A stretch of DNA of 55,357 nucleotides, from the NCBI GenBank assembly GCA_963575745.1, contig CAUYUJ010000165.1, positions 62,001 through 117,357 on the forward strand, given 5' to 3'. Positions 12,124-26,009 of this stretch are shown here, in pieces. Every line of letters begins with the position of its first letter. Position 1 is the first letter of the stretch. The position numbers and the translations under genes are program-made. Below the pieces are notes generated by a model that was not told where the DNA came from, did no database searches, and worked only from the letters and a program-made list of their open reading frames with translations. The DNA is from Prorocentrum cordatum (lineage: Eukaryota).

Positions 12124-13515
12124 AACCAAGGTCATCAGATGACGGGCACGCATCGGAAGCGAAGCCTCACCAAGACGCACGCCATCAGGCCCTCCCGCCG
12201 ATGAAGGCAACAACCCAGTACGTCAGACAAACGTACTCCTACGGCGGTTCGCAGCCCAGGGCAGCCGCCGCTCTCACCAGGCCGTCGCGCCATCCCACTC
12301 TGGGCACTTTGGGCAATCGGTGCTCACTTGGTTCACCCTACTCTGATCGCTGACCGACCCGATCTTCGACCCTGGGGACGGCGGACGAAGTCCTCATCGC
12401 GCCCGACACGTCGACTGCAAACCAGCGCCTCAGGCTCCGTGCACGGGCGCTGCGCTTTATGCCACGCACCCTGATCGGACCACCCGACTGACTCTGGCAT
12501 ACGACTTTTATGCTCTCACCATCTGCCTTGGCGACACTCTTGGCGCCGTCCACGGCCCTGAGGGGGCGAGGGTCAGGCGCGTCGTCTTGCACCGCCTCGC
12601 CACGGAAGCAAAGACGCCTACGACCGACGCCTGAACTGGCTGGACACCTTACACCAGGTAGCCAGCGCTGGGTACCGACGTACCCCGACAACGACGACAC
12701 CGCTCGTCCCTACGCTCCAACGCCGTCCGAGCAGTGACTGGCGCCCAAGTCCGTTGGTTGCTCCATCCCAAGGCTCACGCTGCCCCTTGGCGCCGCTGTT
12801 GCCTCCTCTGCCCCGCAAGTGCGCCACCAGGCAAGCGACCGGGCAGATCGGGACCTACTGCACGGTCCGAGGCGCGCTTCGTCGCGTGAGGGCCCGTGGC
12901 TTGTCTAGGAAACCGGCGCTCCTAGTATTGAGGCTTCTTCACCCTTTCCGCAGTCGGTTCCCACGGGGGGTGTAAACCCTCTCCAGCGCCGCGGGGTGGC
13001 ATGGCCCTTACCTCCCCTGTTCCTGCCTGCCCGCTGTGCTGGTGGGGCCTCCTGGCGCCGTCGGCGGGGGATCGGGCGGAGCCGGGGGTGCCCGCGCTTG
13101 CACGGACGCTGGTGCTGGGCCCTGCTGCCCTTGGGTCAAAAAAGGGGAGGCCCTTGCACCCCAGCGGAGTGGTGCCGTCTGCCTCTCCTCTCGGGGCGCG
13201 TGGACATCTGGCACATGCGCCCGCGTGAACAAGTGGCACACGCTCCGTCGTCTGCCTCTTCCGGGCCGCTGCGGGGGATGCCCCAAGGCGGCGCCTCTCT
13301 TCGCAGGGCGCCGCGGCGCGCACGCCAGCGCGCGTTCAAAAGCCGGCGCCTCGCTCCGCACAGGGGGCGCAGAGGGGCCCCAGCAGTCCGTGCCACGGGG
13401 GAGGCTCTCCCAGCACCCTCGTTTCGCACGCTGCGCATCCCGCCTTGTGAGGCGTGCCCGCAGATCACACGCATGGCTCAGGGGCCCGGACAGTGGCACT
13501 GCCCCAAGTGGTGCG

Positions 13516-13546
<31 letters not shown>

Positions 13547-15787
13547 TCCCTCCCTCCCTCCCTCTTTCTCTGTTGCCGCGCTGCTTTCTCTTTCTCTCTC
13601 TCTGTTGCGCCCCCCCCCCCCCTTACTCTCTCCTTTTGCCCCCCCCCCCCCCCCCCTACTCTCCGCTCTCACCCTGCCGCTCCATCTGCTTGCTGCTGCC
13701 CCTTTTCCTGCCCCGCCGTGCCAAGCGCGGCCAGCCCCCGCCGATGGGCCCCGTGCCCCCTCCGTCTTCGGACCTGCCTCTTCGGGGGCAGGCCACCGCC
13801 CTATAGTCCTGGTCCTGGTCTCCGGCCTCTCCCTCCTTCCTCGCCGTCGCTCGGACGTCCATCTCCCGTGCATGTTTCGGCTTCGTGCGTGGATGGTCCA
13901 GGATGGTTCTCGATGCATTTTCGCCGTGCATTTTGCTCGATGGTCCAGGATCGTTCATTTTCCGTGCATTTTGCTCGATGGTCCAAGATGGTCCTCGATG
14001 GTTCTCGCCGAGAAAAAAATGCACACGCCCGAGCGATGCCAGGCTTCCCCTTCTGGGGGAGGCTCGCGGGCTCGCGGCGCGGGCGGCACGGGCTAGGGAA
14101 GGGCGGGCGCGCCCCAGCATGCTGGTGCCCTGCACCAGGGCTAGGTACTCCTACGCCGCGCGCCGGGGGGAGGCGAGGGGAGCAGGACAAGGGGGGGGGG
14201 AGGGGGAGGAGGAGGAGGAGGAGGAGGAGGAGGAGGAGGAGGAGGAGGAGGAGGAGGAGGAGGAAGAGGAGGAAAATGAAGAAGTGGAGGGGGGGAAGAG
14301 GGGGAGGAGGATGGGGGGGGGCAGGAGTAGGGAGCAAGCGGGGAGGAGAGGAGAGCAGAAGAGGAAAGGAGGGCATTGGAGGGGGAATGGGACGGGCATG
14401 GTGGAAGGAAGGAGGCAGGGATAGAGAGAGAGAGAGAGTGAAAGAGCGAGGAGCAAAGGGAGAGCTGGCAGGAGTGTTGTATTTGAACGGGGGTGGGGTC
14501 TGCGTGCAGAAAGGGCAGGGTTCGGAAAAGGGACGGGGGCATTCCCTCCCGCTTCTCTTCCAGCTTGGTCCGCCTATTCTAATCCGCCTCCTCCTCCTCC
14601 TGCTCCTCCTCCTCCTCCTCCTCCAGCTCCTCCTCTACTGGTTCATCCCTTCTTTTCGGATCCTTATTACGAGCTCTTATCAAAAGCTTCGACTGTTCGA
14701 AACCTGCACGGATGGAGAGTGGCTCGTTTTCAAATGTTCTTCTCGCCTTCGCGCCGCAGAGTCGTCGCAAAGCCATACTTGTTTCGGTGATGATCGGGCA
14801 GACGGCACAGCAGGTTAACAATCGGCGCCGATCCCCTCAACAATCGCCATAGGGCTGCACGCGGAGGCCGTGGGGCGATACGGATCAACCCCAAAGCGTA
14901 TCAAGGCAATTGAGGAAGGAAGGAGGAAAGGAGAGAGAGCAGCAGGAAGAGGGAAGCGAGGATAGAGGAAGGTTATATTAAAGTGCTGTTGTTTGTTATG
15001 TGACCACTCATATGAGTGCGCATCACACAACAGCAAGCAATGAACAGCAACACGGCACAATGAAATATATCGCATAAGCTCTATGAATATACCCCGGATT
15101 TCTGACATGCCACAGCATGGGATCAAGCCGAGGAGGCGAGGGAGGAAGAATAACCACTGCAAACACACAAACAAACATTTAAATGGCGCGCTGGGCAGGA
15201 CCGCAAGTATGAATGACACAGCGCAGTGCGCTTGATTTGGGTGCGAAGTACGCGCCAATCAAGATGTAATAACTTGCCCACGTCGCAAAACAAATACCGT
15301 ACTGGTAGACGGAGGATCGCTTTCAACTTGTGCTTCTTGCTCTGGCGCCGCAGAAACGAACCTTCGCTTTACACGACTACACGGTTGCAGGGCGGTTCGC
15401 TTTCACATGACGGCTCTTTCCCGGAAGCCGAGCCCGTTTCCCTCACGTGCTCCCGACAGCTAAGCGGATTGAGGGTGATACGCCTCAAAAGTCGAACTCC
15501 TGCATCGGCGCCCCCTCGGCTCGTGACCCTCCTGTGCCCAGTGCTCCCGCCGGCGAACTGCGCGTGCGCTCCTCGATGCCGACTGGCTTGTTGAGCTCGT
15601 CCTGCGCCACGCACTGGAGCATCCCCTTGCGCGCGCGGCTCGCGTGCGGTGCTCTGGCCGCTCCGCGATCGCCGACGTCGTCGTCGCCGTCGCTGCTGTG
15701 GGGCCCACACGCACGTCGGGGGGGGGGGGCACCATCGCGCGCTGTCGCGCGGAAGGCCGCCCGTAGGGGCTCGGGGCTGGGGACGCT

Positions 15788-16180
<393 letters not shown>

Positions 16181-16613
16181 CCTTTTCGGCCGTCGCGGTC
16201 GGGCGACTCGCCGCACCGTCGGCAGCGCCGCGCGGAGGACCGCCCGCGCGCCCACGAGTCAAAAGGGAAGCGAGGGAAGAGCGAGACGGCCGACCCCCCA
16301 CGGGGCAGCGGCCGGCTGTGGCACCAGGGCGCCCGGGCAGCGCGGCAGCGGGCGCGGGGGCCGGCGAGCGGCGGGAAGCGAGGGAAGAGCGAGAGGGCCG
16401 ACCCCCCCCACGGGGCAGCGGCCGGGTGCGGCCCTGGGGGCGCCCGCCGGGCAGCGCGTGCCGCGGGCGCTGGGGGGGGGGGCGGGCAATGCGGCGGGGC
16501 GGCGAGGAGGGCGGCGCCCGCCGGGCGGGGGCGCCGGGGCCCTGCAGGGCGGGGCAGCGGGAGGGAGCGGGCGAGGGCAGGGCAGGCGGCGAGGCGGGCC
16601 CCCCCTGCGAGTA

Positions 16614-16786
16614 TAAAACGACGCGAAGATCGGGACAAAATCGGATCGGGATAACTCGAAATCTCTGAGAATCGGCGGGTTTGGAGGATGTATTGGGCGC
16701 CGCGGCCGCTCCAGAGCGTTCCGGAACGCTCTGAGAGCGCTCCGGAACGCTCTGGAGCGATTTATCCCGATCCTAGCCCTGTTTTA
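16614..16786 (+). mobile_element. 173-bp MITE-like element, copy 1
   Basis: TAAAAC...GTTTTA termini; flanks GAGTA/GAATA; subterminal inverted GGATCGGGATAA/TTATCCCGATCC; two visible differences from copy 2 at 44178. Confidence 0.85.
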
Positions 16787-17344
16787 GAATAGGCGCGGGG
16801 AGGCGGGCACCGGGAGGAGGCGGGCACAGAGCGGGAAGGGCAGAATGTCGCGGGGTGCAGATCCCAACCGGACGGTTCCAATCCCAACTCTGCATGAGGT
16901 CCAGATCCCAGCCAGTGGAAAAAAACGGAGCGGTCCAGATCACAACCAGTCTTCTGTGTGTTTTTTGGCGCCTGATAGGCACCTGGCACGCGCATGATAG
17001 GCGCTACAATGGCGTTTCCCGAAGGTGCCTCTTCAGCTTCGTGAAGCTTTCCTGACAGGTTCCTCCAAACTGTCGTGAAGGATGCCGCGGGTTCCTATAA
17101 GGCGTACTGAAGGACTATAGAAAACCGTGTGCTATGTGTTTCCCATCGGAAATCCAATAGAAAACGCGCCGACCCCAACCTCCCAGATGATTCTCTAATT
17201 CAGTAATCCTCGGTTCAATTCCCATCCATCCTGCCGTTTTTGGCCCTCGTTTTGAAAAAGACAACAAAGCCCCAGTCTCCCTAAGTCACTCCCCCTCCTC
17301 CCTCCCCCGCTCCATGCCTTTGATCCCCCCCGCCAGTCAATAAT

Positions 17345-17745
17345 TCCGGCACGCCCCTCGATCGATTCGTGGCCCCATTGGGAATTCCACCGGTAACACC
17401 AGTAGCTGCGTTCGGATGCGCCCACCGCGCCCATGTCGGCACACCCCTCACACATTTCGCGCCCCCACAAAAAGCCCCACCGAAGCTAGTGGCTTCGTTC
17501 GCATGCGCCCACCGCACCCGTGTCGCACACCCCTCACACGTGTCGTGGCCCCTTAGGGAGCTCCACCAAGGCCCCAGCGACTGCACTCGCATGCACCCGC
17601 GGCACATATTTCGGCACACCCATTCACACGTTTGAGGACCCCGTAGGGAACTCCACCGAAAGTCCCACTGGCTGCGTTCGCACGCGCCCACCGCACACGT
17701 GCCGACGCACCCTTCACACGGTTCGTGGCCCCAAAGGGAAGCCAT
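17345..17745. repeat. Second array of the ~88-bp minisatellite
   Basis: Same unit as 61-760. Confidence 0.85.
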
Positions 17746-18759
17746 TGAAGTACTGAGGAAGAGGAGGAGGAGGAGGAGGAAGCTGAGGAAAGAGGAGGAG
17801 GATGAAGAGAATGGGGGGGAGGACAGCAGGAGGAGGAGGAGGAAAAGGAGGAGGAGGAGGAAAAGGAGGAGGAGGAGGAGGGAAAGGAGGAGGAAGAAGA
17901 GGAGGAAGAGGAGGAGGAAGAGGAGGACAGACAACCACTTGCGAGCCAATGTTCTTTGTCTGTGACGGACGGAACATTGGCCCGTGTACTCCACCTCGGC
18001 CTAAGTGGGGAGGGCGAGCTCGTTCCTCAGTTGGGCCACTGATGAAGGCTACGGGCCAAAAACGACGGGGGAGGAGGGGAGGAAGGAGGAAAAGGAGGAG
18101 GAGGAGGCGAAGGAGGATGAGGAGGAAGAAGAAGGAGGGGGGGAGTAGCAGAAGGCGTATGCAATTCGTTTGAGTTACGCCCACCGCTTCCCAGCGCGCC
18201 CCCCAGACACCCGCGCTCTAAAAAAAAAACCCGGCCCCCCCTCCCATGGCCAGCCCCCCCCCCCGCCCCCAATCAAGAACCACCCTCACCCCCCCCTGGT
18301 TGGCATCTTTCTTTTCTCCTTTTGAATCTCACTCCTCTTCCTCCTGTTCCTTCTCCTCCTCCTCCTCCTCTCCTCCCCCCTTCCTCCTCCTCCACATGTT
18401 TGCTTCCCTAATACAAATAAAAATCCTGCCCCCCTCTCCCTCTCAAATTGTTTTTTGTTGCGGCATCTACATTGTCGCCGCTCGGCGTCCTTCACTACCC
18501 CGCTTGGGCCCCCTGACAATGCTGGGGCTGAGTTCTGAGCTGTAAACCTGGCGTGCGGCATTTGGAACCTGGACAAGGGGGTTTGGAATCTCTGGTGCGA
18601 TTGGCGCGGCAACGGCTACATTCTAGCCCGCGTGCAACACAGCTATGTATTCTACACGGGCCAGAGTGGGTATGTGCAAAACAGCAACAACAACAACAAG
18701 CTAACGTTCGCTGAAGACTTAGCGGACGGGTGGTTTTGTCGCCCGCCTGTCCGCCACTG

Positions 18760-19450
18760 GGGAGCGGCTTCTTCAGAAAGTCGAGCCTGTGTTTGGTGTG
18801 GCCGCCGTCCAGGCACGCAAGCGTTTGCCCGCCCCGGCCGACGAACAAATAGTTGATGCACTCCACGAAAGCATCGAGATTGAAGGCGATACCTTCGAGT
18901 GGCAAGCCGTCAGAGTCGAGTAGACGCAGCAGGCAGGATAGCTCGTCGCCGGCGTCGGCCAACGTCGCCAGCTGGAGCGCCTTCTCGTCGCCCAAACAAC
19001 GGAAGAAGGTCGATGCCACCACCGCCTCTGAAATCCAATTTAGGTTCGAAACTATCTGGCCCAACGTCGCCACCACGACAAGGAAGTATAGAGCGCGCCG
19101 GCTCTTTGCGGGGCTGGCGCTGTCGAAGCGGTGCGGGGCGAAATGCAAGTCCTTGCAGCCCTCGCGGGGGTTGACGGCCTTGAAATACGGCTCGATCTTC
19201 TGCACGTCTGCCCCAAACCAGGCGGAGAATACGTTCGAAAACAGACTGAACCAGAACGGCGAATGGATGCTCCAGACGAACATGCTCTGGACTTCGTGGA
19301 GGAAGGGGTCGGCCTTCCACCCGCGAAGCCAATCGCCTGGTCGCGTATGGCCTGCCACGCGTGGAGCGCCGAAGGTTCGCTTGCCCCGCCAGCATGAAGC
19401 CTGATCGGATTCCGTATGCAGCTGCATCGCTCGCGACAGCTTCCTTTCGG
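18760..19450 (-). pseudogene. Degenerate DDE (hAT-like) transposase fragment
   Basis: Frameshifted protein-like sequence: EAVASDAAA...RPYATRRLASR in one frame, then WKADPFL...DLHFAPHRFDS...LQLATLADAGDE in another; family assignment from motif resemblance only. Confidence 0.4.
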
Positions 19451-19689
19451 CTACACGTAAGCAGTGACCCTGGGTAAGAGTGACCTTTGGTGCGCGGCTT
19501 TTGGGGGCCGCGGGGGGGGGGGCCAACACAAGCGCGCAATACGCTACTATCGCGCCGCACTCGGCGATCGGGGGGGCCCAGTGGGCGCGCACCAAAGGTC
19601 ACTCCGGCGAAAGGTCACTCTTGCGTGTAGTCGATCCATGGACGCATTGATATTGTGGTAGAGGTCCACGTCGACCTCGGCTGCTGCAC

Positions 19690-19789
19690 NNNNNNNNNNN
19701 NNNNNNNNNNNNNNNNNNNNNNNNNNNNNNNNNNNNNNNNNNNNNNNNNNNNNNNNNNNNNNNNNNNNNNNNNNNNNNNNNNNNNNNNN
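19690..19789. other. Assembly gap (100 N), followed by (TAC)n microsatellite to ~19979
   Basis: Run of n. Confidence 1.
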
Positions 19790-19830
<41 letters not shown>

Positions 19831-19917
19831 GTACTAGTACTAGTACTAGTACTAGTACTAGTACTAGGACTAGTACTAGTACTACTGCTATTATTATTAC
19901 TACTACTACTACTACTG

Positions 19918-19980
<63 letters not shown>

Positions 19981-20217
19981 TGGTTCAGCAAAAGACGCGC
20001 AAGATCCCAACCGCAACCACTCAGGCGTAAATCTGCTCCTTTAAGGTGTCCATCGCAATGTCAGACTTCAATGGACAAGTCTGGTAACTTTTCAATATGT
20101 TTTCTTTATTCGGTTCCTCCTCGGTTGGGATCTGACCGTGCCTGGTGTTTTAGACGGTTGGGATCTGACCCGTCCGGTTGGGATCTCACGCGTCCGGTTG
20201 GGATCTGAACCCATCGC

Positions 20218-21558
20218 AGGAGGTGGGGGGGAAAGAGGAGGAGGAGGCGGAGGAGGAGGAGGAGCAGGAGGAGGAGGAGCAGCAGGAGGAGGAGGAGGAG
20301 GAGGGAGTCGGGTGGGGGGAGGAGCAGGAGGAGGAGGAGACCGAGGAGGAGGAAGAAGGAGGAGGAGGAGGAGGAGGTGAGGAGGAGGAGGAGGGGAGGA
20401 GAGGAGGAGGAGGAGGAGGAGGAGAGGAGGAGGAGAGGCATGAGAGCAGGCGAGAGGAGGAGGTAGGTGGGGGAGGAGGACGAGAAGGAGGTGGTGGAGA
20501 AGAAGAGGAGGAGGATGAGGAGGCGGAGGAGGAGGAGGCAGAGGAGGCGGAGGAGAGGGAGCATCAGGAGGTTGAGGAGGAGGAGGAGGACGAGGAGGAG
20601 GATGCTGTGATGATGAGAGGAGTAGGAGGAGGAGGAGGAGGAGGAGGAGGAGGAGGGGAGGATAAGGAGGATGGAGGAAAGAGGAGGATGAATGAGGAGA
20701 GGAGGCGAAAGCGGAGGAGGAGGAGGAGGAGGAGGAGGCGAAAGAGGAGGAGGAGGAGGAGGAGGAGGAGGAGGAGGAGGATAATGGACCAATCAGCGGC
20801 CTCGATCCCTCGATCCTCTGCCCCGGGGCACGGAGCGGCGCAGCCCCGCCGAGCACGGTGCCGCCGCGGTCGCGGCAGCGGCGGCCGCCCGCCGCGGGCG
20901 GCCGAGCGGCTGGCGCTCCCGGCCAAGCGCGGCGAGGGCATCGCGGGCCGCACCGGCGGCCAACGGGGCGTGCCGGGCGGCACCTGGCTGGAGCCCGCGA
21001 GGGGCGGTCGCGGGCGCGCTCGTCGTCGGCGACATCGTCGGCGTCGGCGTCGGCGTCGTCGTCGTTGTCGTCGACGTCTTCGGCGTCGTCGGCGTCGGCG
21101 TCATCGGCGTCGGCGTCGTCGGCAGCGTCGGAGTCGGCGTCGTCGTCGTCGTCGTCGACGTCTTCGGCGTCGTCGGCGTCGGCGTCATCGGCGTCGGCGT
21201 CGTCGGCAGCGTCGGCGTCAGCGTTGTCGTCGTCGACGTCTTCGGCGTCGTCGGCGTCGGCGTCATCGGCGTCGGCGTCGTCGGCGGCGGCGCCGTCGGC
21301 GGCGGCGCCGTCGGCGTCGTCGTGGGCGTCGGCGTCGTCGGCGGCGGCGCCGTCGGCGTCTGCAGCGGCGGCTTCGGCGTCGGCGGCGGCGGCGCTCTGG
21401 GTGCGGCGCAGGCATCACGGGCTGCCAGCGGAGGGAGGCGCAGGATCGGAGTCCGCGGAGCGCGCAGGCGGTGTCGAGGCAAGAAGGACCTCAAAAAAAA
21501 ACGAAACGCCATCTTTTCACCCCTACAGCAACAACGCTGGGAGCCTGGGAATACGCAC

Positions 21559-21598
<40 letters not shown>

Positions 21599-21910
21599 CA
21601 CATGAACACATGAACACATTCATATTCATATATATATATATACATATATATATATGTACATGCATGAATTGTTATACATACATCAATATATGTGAAAGAG
21701 AGATACCCTCCCCTCCCACCAGACCACTTTCTTTTCCCTCGTTCCTCGGTCCTCGACAAAGCCGAGACCCTCCGAAGCCTCTGACTGGAGGTCTCTGAAG
21801 GCCCCCTGGGGCCCCCAAGATGCCCACGGCGGCCGCAAAGGGGCATCTGGAGACCAGACGGCGGGCAGGGAGGCGGCAAAAGAGCAAGACGGCGACGGCG
21901 ACACCTGCGA

Positions 21911-22009
<99 letters not shown>

Positions 22010-22035
22010 CGCGGCGGCGGCGGCGACGACGACGG
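20218..22035. repeat. Cluster of microsatellites: (GAG)n, (GTC/GGC)n, (AT)n, (GAC)n
   Basis: Direct inspection. Confidence 0.9.
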
Positions 22036-22200
22036 GCGGTGACGACGCCTGCTTCGGCGGCGGCGGCAGCTCTGGTGGCGGCGGCGGCGACCACCTCGCG
22101 GCGAGGCGGCGCGGGGGCGGTGCCGGAGAGATGCCCATCATGGCCGCGTTGCTGCTCACCCCGCCTGGCCCCGCACACCTGTCACGGGTAAAGGAAAAAC

Positions 22201-22343
22201 AACTATGCACATACACCGATTCTGGCCAGGCCCATCCTGAGCCCAGGATCGGTGCATACGCCCTCCTACCTTGGCCAGGGAGGCATATGCACCGATCCTG
22301 GGTCAAGGATGGGCCTTGCCAGGATCGGTGCATGTGCATAGTT
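22201..22343. mobile_element. Fold-back element with ~62-bp arms
   Basis: AACTATGCACATACACCGATTCTGGCCAGGCCCATCC... is inverted to ...GGATGGGCCTTGCCAGGATCGGTGCATGTGCATAGTT. Confidence 0.75.
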
Positions 22344-23861
22344 CTCTTCGCCCGAACGGGGGGGGCTTCGCACGGCGTGACTCCCCTCCACCTCCATCGT
22401 CCATACCTTCCGACCTCTGCGGATGGCGCGGAGGGTGATGCATGGAAACTGCTGAAAGCCTCAGGAAGCGCAAGAGAACTTAGCATTTCACGAAGCGCAT
22501 GATTGTGGAAGGTCCGCGCGGAAGGTCTGGAAGAATGAGGGCGAGGGTCTCCAGCGGTCGGCACAGCCGAGCGCCACCGGGCAGGCTCCCTGCGGCCTGC
22601 GGCCACGGCCGAGGAGGAAAGCCACTGCGCGAGCACAAACTGTCGGAGGTTGGCGTAGATGTCTCGGACCGGCGCTGGACCCCTCCTGTGGCGGCACCTC
22701 CGGCGCCGCCCCTGGCGCGCTCCGCGCGCCGGGGAGGGGGGGTCCAGCGCTGGACAAAAAACATCCGCGCCGACCTCCAGCAGATTATGCTCGTGGCAGC
22801 TTTCTCGATGCAGCAGCCGCGCCGAGAGATCCGAGCGGGGCCCCCCAAAAGTCTCGGCCCATGCCCCGGGGACAGGTGCTTCATCCTGAGTTGTTTTTTC
22901 ACGGTCCTGGGGCCCAGCGAGGGCTCCCAGAGGCCGAAAACTGTGACAAACCTCCGCCTTGATGATTTTTAATGCGTTGGACCTCTGGGCACATGCGAGA
23001 AGAAATCCTGATATGAGGAATCTACGGGCACATACCTCGTCGGCTCGGAGCTGCGTAGGGTACCCCAGGACCCATCGGGAGGTAGGAGGTTTGTCGTGGG
23101 ACGCCCGCTGGCAGGCCAGTTTCTTCTTTGGTGTGTCTGCGGAACGTACTCCGGGTGGGATATGAATCGAGGGGTGGGCGACTGACCTTCCAACGGAGCT
23201 GGCCCATCCCCCCCTCCTCCTCCTCCTCCTCCTCCACCTCTTCCTCCTCCTCCGCCTCCCCCTCCTCCCTCTCCTCCTCCTCCTCCACCCCCCCATCCGC
23301 CCGTTCCGACAGCACGTGCCCAACCCCCCCAGCGGATCCAAGGAGGGGGCGATGACTGCCCCATACAGAGCATGCTGCGGCCGGGAGAGCTTCTGCTTGG
23401 CCTGCCGCGGCGGCGACCCCCAGCGCGACACGCCGTGCCCCTGCGAGCGGAGGGCGCGTCCCTCCGCTCTGCGGGGCGGGGGGCTCGAGGAGAGACTACT
23501 CGGGGCGCGGACGCTCGGGGACTGGGACGGGGATCGGGCGGGCGGTATCCTCCTCCCTCCTCCTCTCCTCTCATCCTCCCACGCTCCTCTCCTCCTCCTC
23601 CTCTCCTCCTCCTCCTCCTTCCTCCCTCCTCCTCCTCCTCCCCCTCCCCCTCCTCCTCCTCCTCCTCCTCTCCTCCTCCTCCTCCTCCTCCTCCCTCTCC
23701 TCCTCATCCTCCTCCTCCTCCTCCCTTCCTACTCCTCCTCCTTCCTCCTCCTCCTCCTACCTCCTCCCTCCTCCCTCCTCCTCCTCCCCTCTCTCCTCCT
23801 CCCTCCCTCCTCGTCCTCCCTCATCCTCCTCCTCCTCCTCCTCCTCCTCCTCCTCCTCCTC

Positions 23862-24212
23862 CGTGGGGGGGCGAAGCAGGATGCCCTGAAAGGGGCCCCG
23901 AGCGGGGGCTAAAGAAGAAGGGCCCTGCAGGGCCTCGTTCTTTATGGGGCGACGAAATATATACATATCCACTGCTCCCTGGCCAGGCCCATCCTCAACC
24001 CCGCAGCGGTGTATACGCCACGCCCTCCTGGCTTGGCCAGGAGGGCGCATACACAGCTCCTGGGTTCAAGATGGGCATGGTCAGGGAGCAGTGGATATGT
24101 ATAGATTTCGTCGCCCGACTTTAGCCCCCGTGGAGCCAGTGGTCAAAAGGTGCCCCAAAGGCCCCCTTTCAGGGCCTGTGTCTTCAACCCCCCTTTGGAT
24201 CCCCCCCCCATG
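23862..24212. mobile_element. Related fold-back element (core 23947-24116) within looser outer inverted arms
   Basis: GGGCGACGAAATATATACATATCCACTGCTCCCTG / CAGGGAGCAGTGGATATGTATAGATTTCGTCGCCC; outer GCCCTGAAAGGGG/CCCCTTTCAGGGC and GGGGGCTAAAG/CTTTAGCCCCC. Confidence 0.7.
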
Positions 24213-25136
24213 ACTGCCCGCCCGAGGGAATCGCATGGCGTCTCCACAGCGTGACGGGCCAGAACTGGCGGCAGGTCCGCGCGGCGTCTCGATGCACGCC
24301 AAGGTTTTCGACACAGCGTCAGTCGTTCAACCCTGAATCGATCGCGGCACCGCTCGATCAAGGTTGAGCTCCGTCGGGGCCTTGTGGCGTTACCAAAACC
24401 CTCGGTGCTTCCGCGTCGCTCCATCATGCGCAGACTTCAACCTTGAACGCCTTCGCCGGCCTCGCTGGCGCGCCGACGCCGCATGAACCTGCCGTGCCCT
24501 CCTTGGCCAGGCAAGGAGGGGGGGAACGTGAGAGCGGAGGAGGGGAGCGGCAGCAGCAGCAGACGGGCAAAGAGGCAGTCTGCGGACGGGGGGCGGGGGC
24601 GGCCGTCGGGACTGGCGCGGGCCCCCCGCGCTCCTCCGCTGTCCGTCCTCCGTCGAGGTTCGGAGATCGAGGCTTTCGGCTGTTTCCTCATGTCCAAAGA
24701 TGGGGTTCTCGTTATTACGTTGGCGATTATGTCATCTCCCTCTTCCTCGCTTGAATCGCTCGTATACTCATACTCAGACCACCCACGCCCAACTCACACT
24801 CAAATCACTCCTCTTCCTCCCTCACCCACGTCACACCCATTCTCACTCGGACTCTACTCATACTCAGACTCAGTCGCACTCACACTCACAGCCAGAACCG
24901 CTGTCACTCAGACTCGATCGCACCAAGGGTCACTCAAACACAGTTTCGCACTCAGACTCACTCACACCCAGACTCACTCACTCACTCAATCTCAGCAAGA
25001 TCAACGCACACACTAAACTCATAATCGCTTGCAATCAGACTCACTCATACCGAGACTCATTCACACTCAGACTCACGCATACTCAGACTCACCCATATTC
25101 AGACTCACTCACACTCAGACTCATTCATACTCAAAT

Positions 25137-25993
25137 CCGCCGACCCCTTGGGGCCACAGCGTGTGAGATGCTTCCCCCTCCCAAAACCCCTCCCCCGGGA
25201 GCCCGGTCCGGCCGGTTTGGAGGGGGGTGGGGGAGGGGCAAAGGTGCCAGCCGCACCCTTGGAGCCTCAGGGGGCCCCAAAACGGGCCAAGAAGGCCCCA
25301 AAACGCCCCCTGGACGGTCCAAGAGGGCTGCGAGTCGCCGGAAGATCGCTCCAAGACGCCAAAGATCGCCTCCAGACGGTCCCAGAGGCCCCCCAAACGC
25401 TCCAAGAAGCCACCAAGAGGCGTCCCCAGAGGCCCTCCAGAAGCAAAAGTCGTCCCAGTCCCGAGGGAAGACGTATATCTTTAGCACATTCGCCTCTTGG
25501 GCTTTCACGAGACCAACAACGGCCCAAGAAGCTTTTGAGATCGACCCAAGATAGCCCAAGAGGCCCCCAAGACGGCTCCAAGACGGCCCAAGAGGGCCCC
25601 AAGACGGCCCCAGAAGCTTCCAAAACGACCCAGGAGGGCCCCAGGACGGCCCCAAGAGGAGGCCCAGAGGGGGAACCCGAATGAACATTTCGAGCACTCG
25701 GCCACAAAAAAAACCTGAGGAGGCGCCAATCGGCCCCCAAGAGGCTCCCGCGAGGCCCCCGAGAGGCCCAAAAGAGGCTCCTAGAGGCCTCAAAACGGCT
25801 TCCAAGAGGCTTCAAAAGTGCTGCCAGGAGAGCCCAGAGAAGCCCAAGAGCAGAGCGGCGATCTGTCAACCGCCCCCGACGAAATCCCAAGAAGCTGAAA
25901 ACCCAAGATGCCCCAGAAATCGTTCCGCAAAGTCCGTTTTTGACTCTTACTGCCGCCCCAAGGGGTCGGCGGTGCGGCGTCAGCCAATGAATC
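25137..25993 (+). mobile_element. Non-autonomous element with 18-bp asymmetric TIRs and internal GGCCCCAAGA repeats (Helentron-like)
   Basis: CCGCCGACCCCTTGGGGC (25137-25154) is the exact inverse of GCCCCAAGGGGTCGGCGG (25955-25972), followed by mini-hairpin GGC-GTCA-GCC and AAT; AAT also precedes the left end. Confidence 0.6.
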
Positions 25994-26009
25994 CTCTCTC
26001 AGCCAATGC

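Noticed and set aside
20092..24124. Long poly-E/P/S/R ORFs (also 40784-42375 and others)
   Set aside because: Translations of trinucleotide microsatellites
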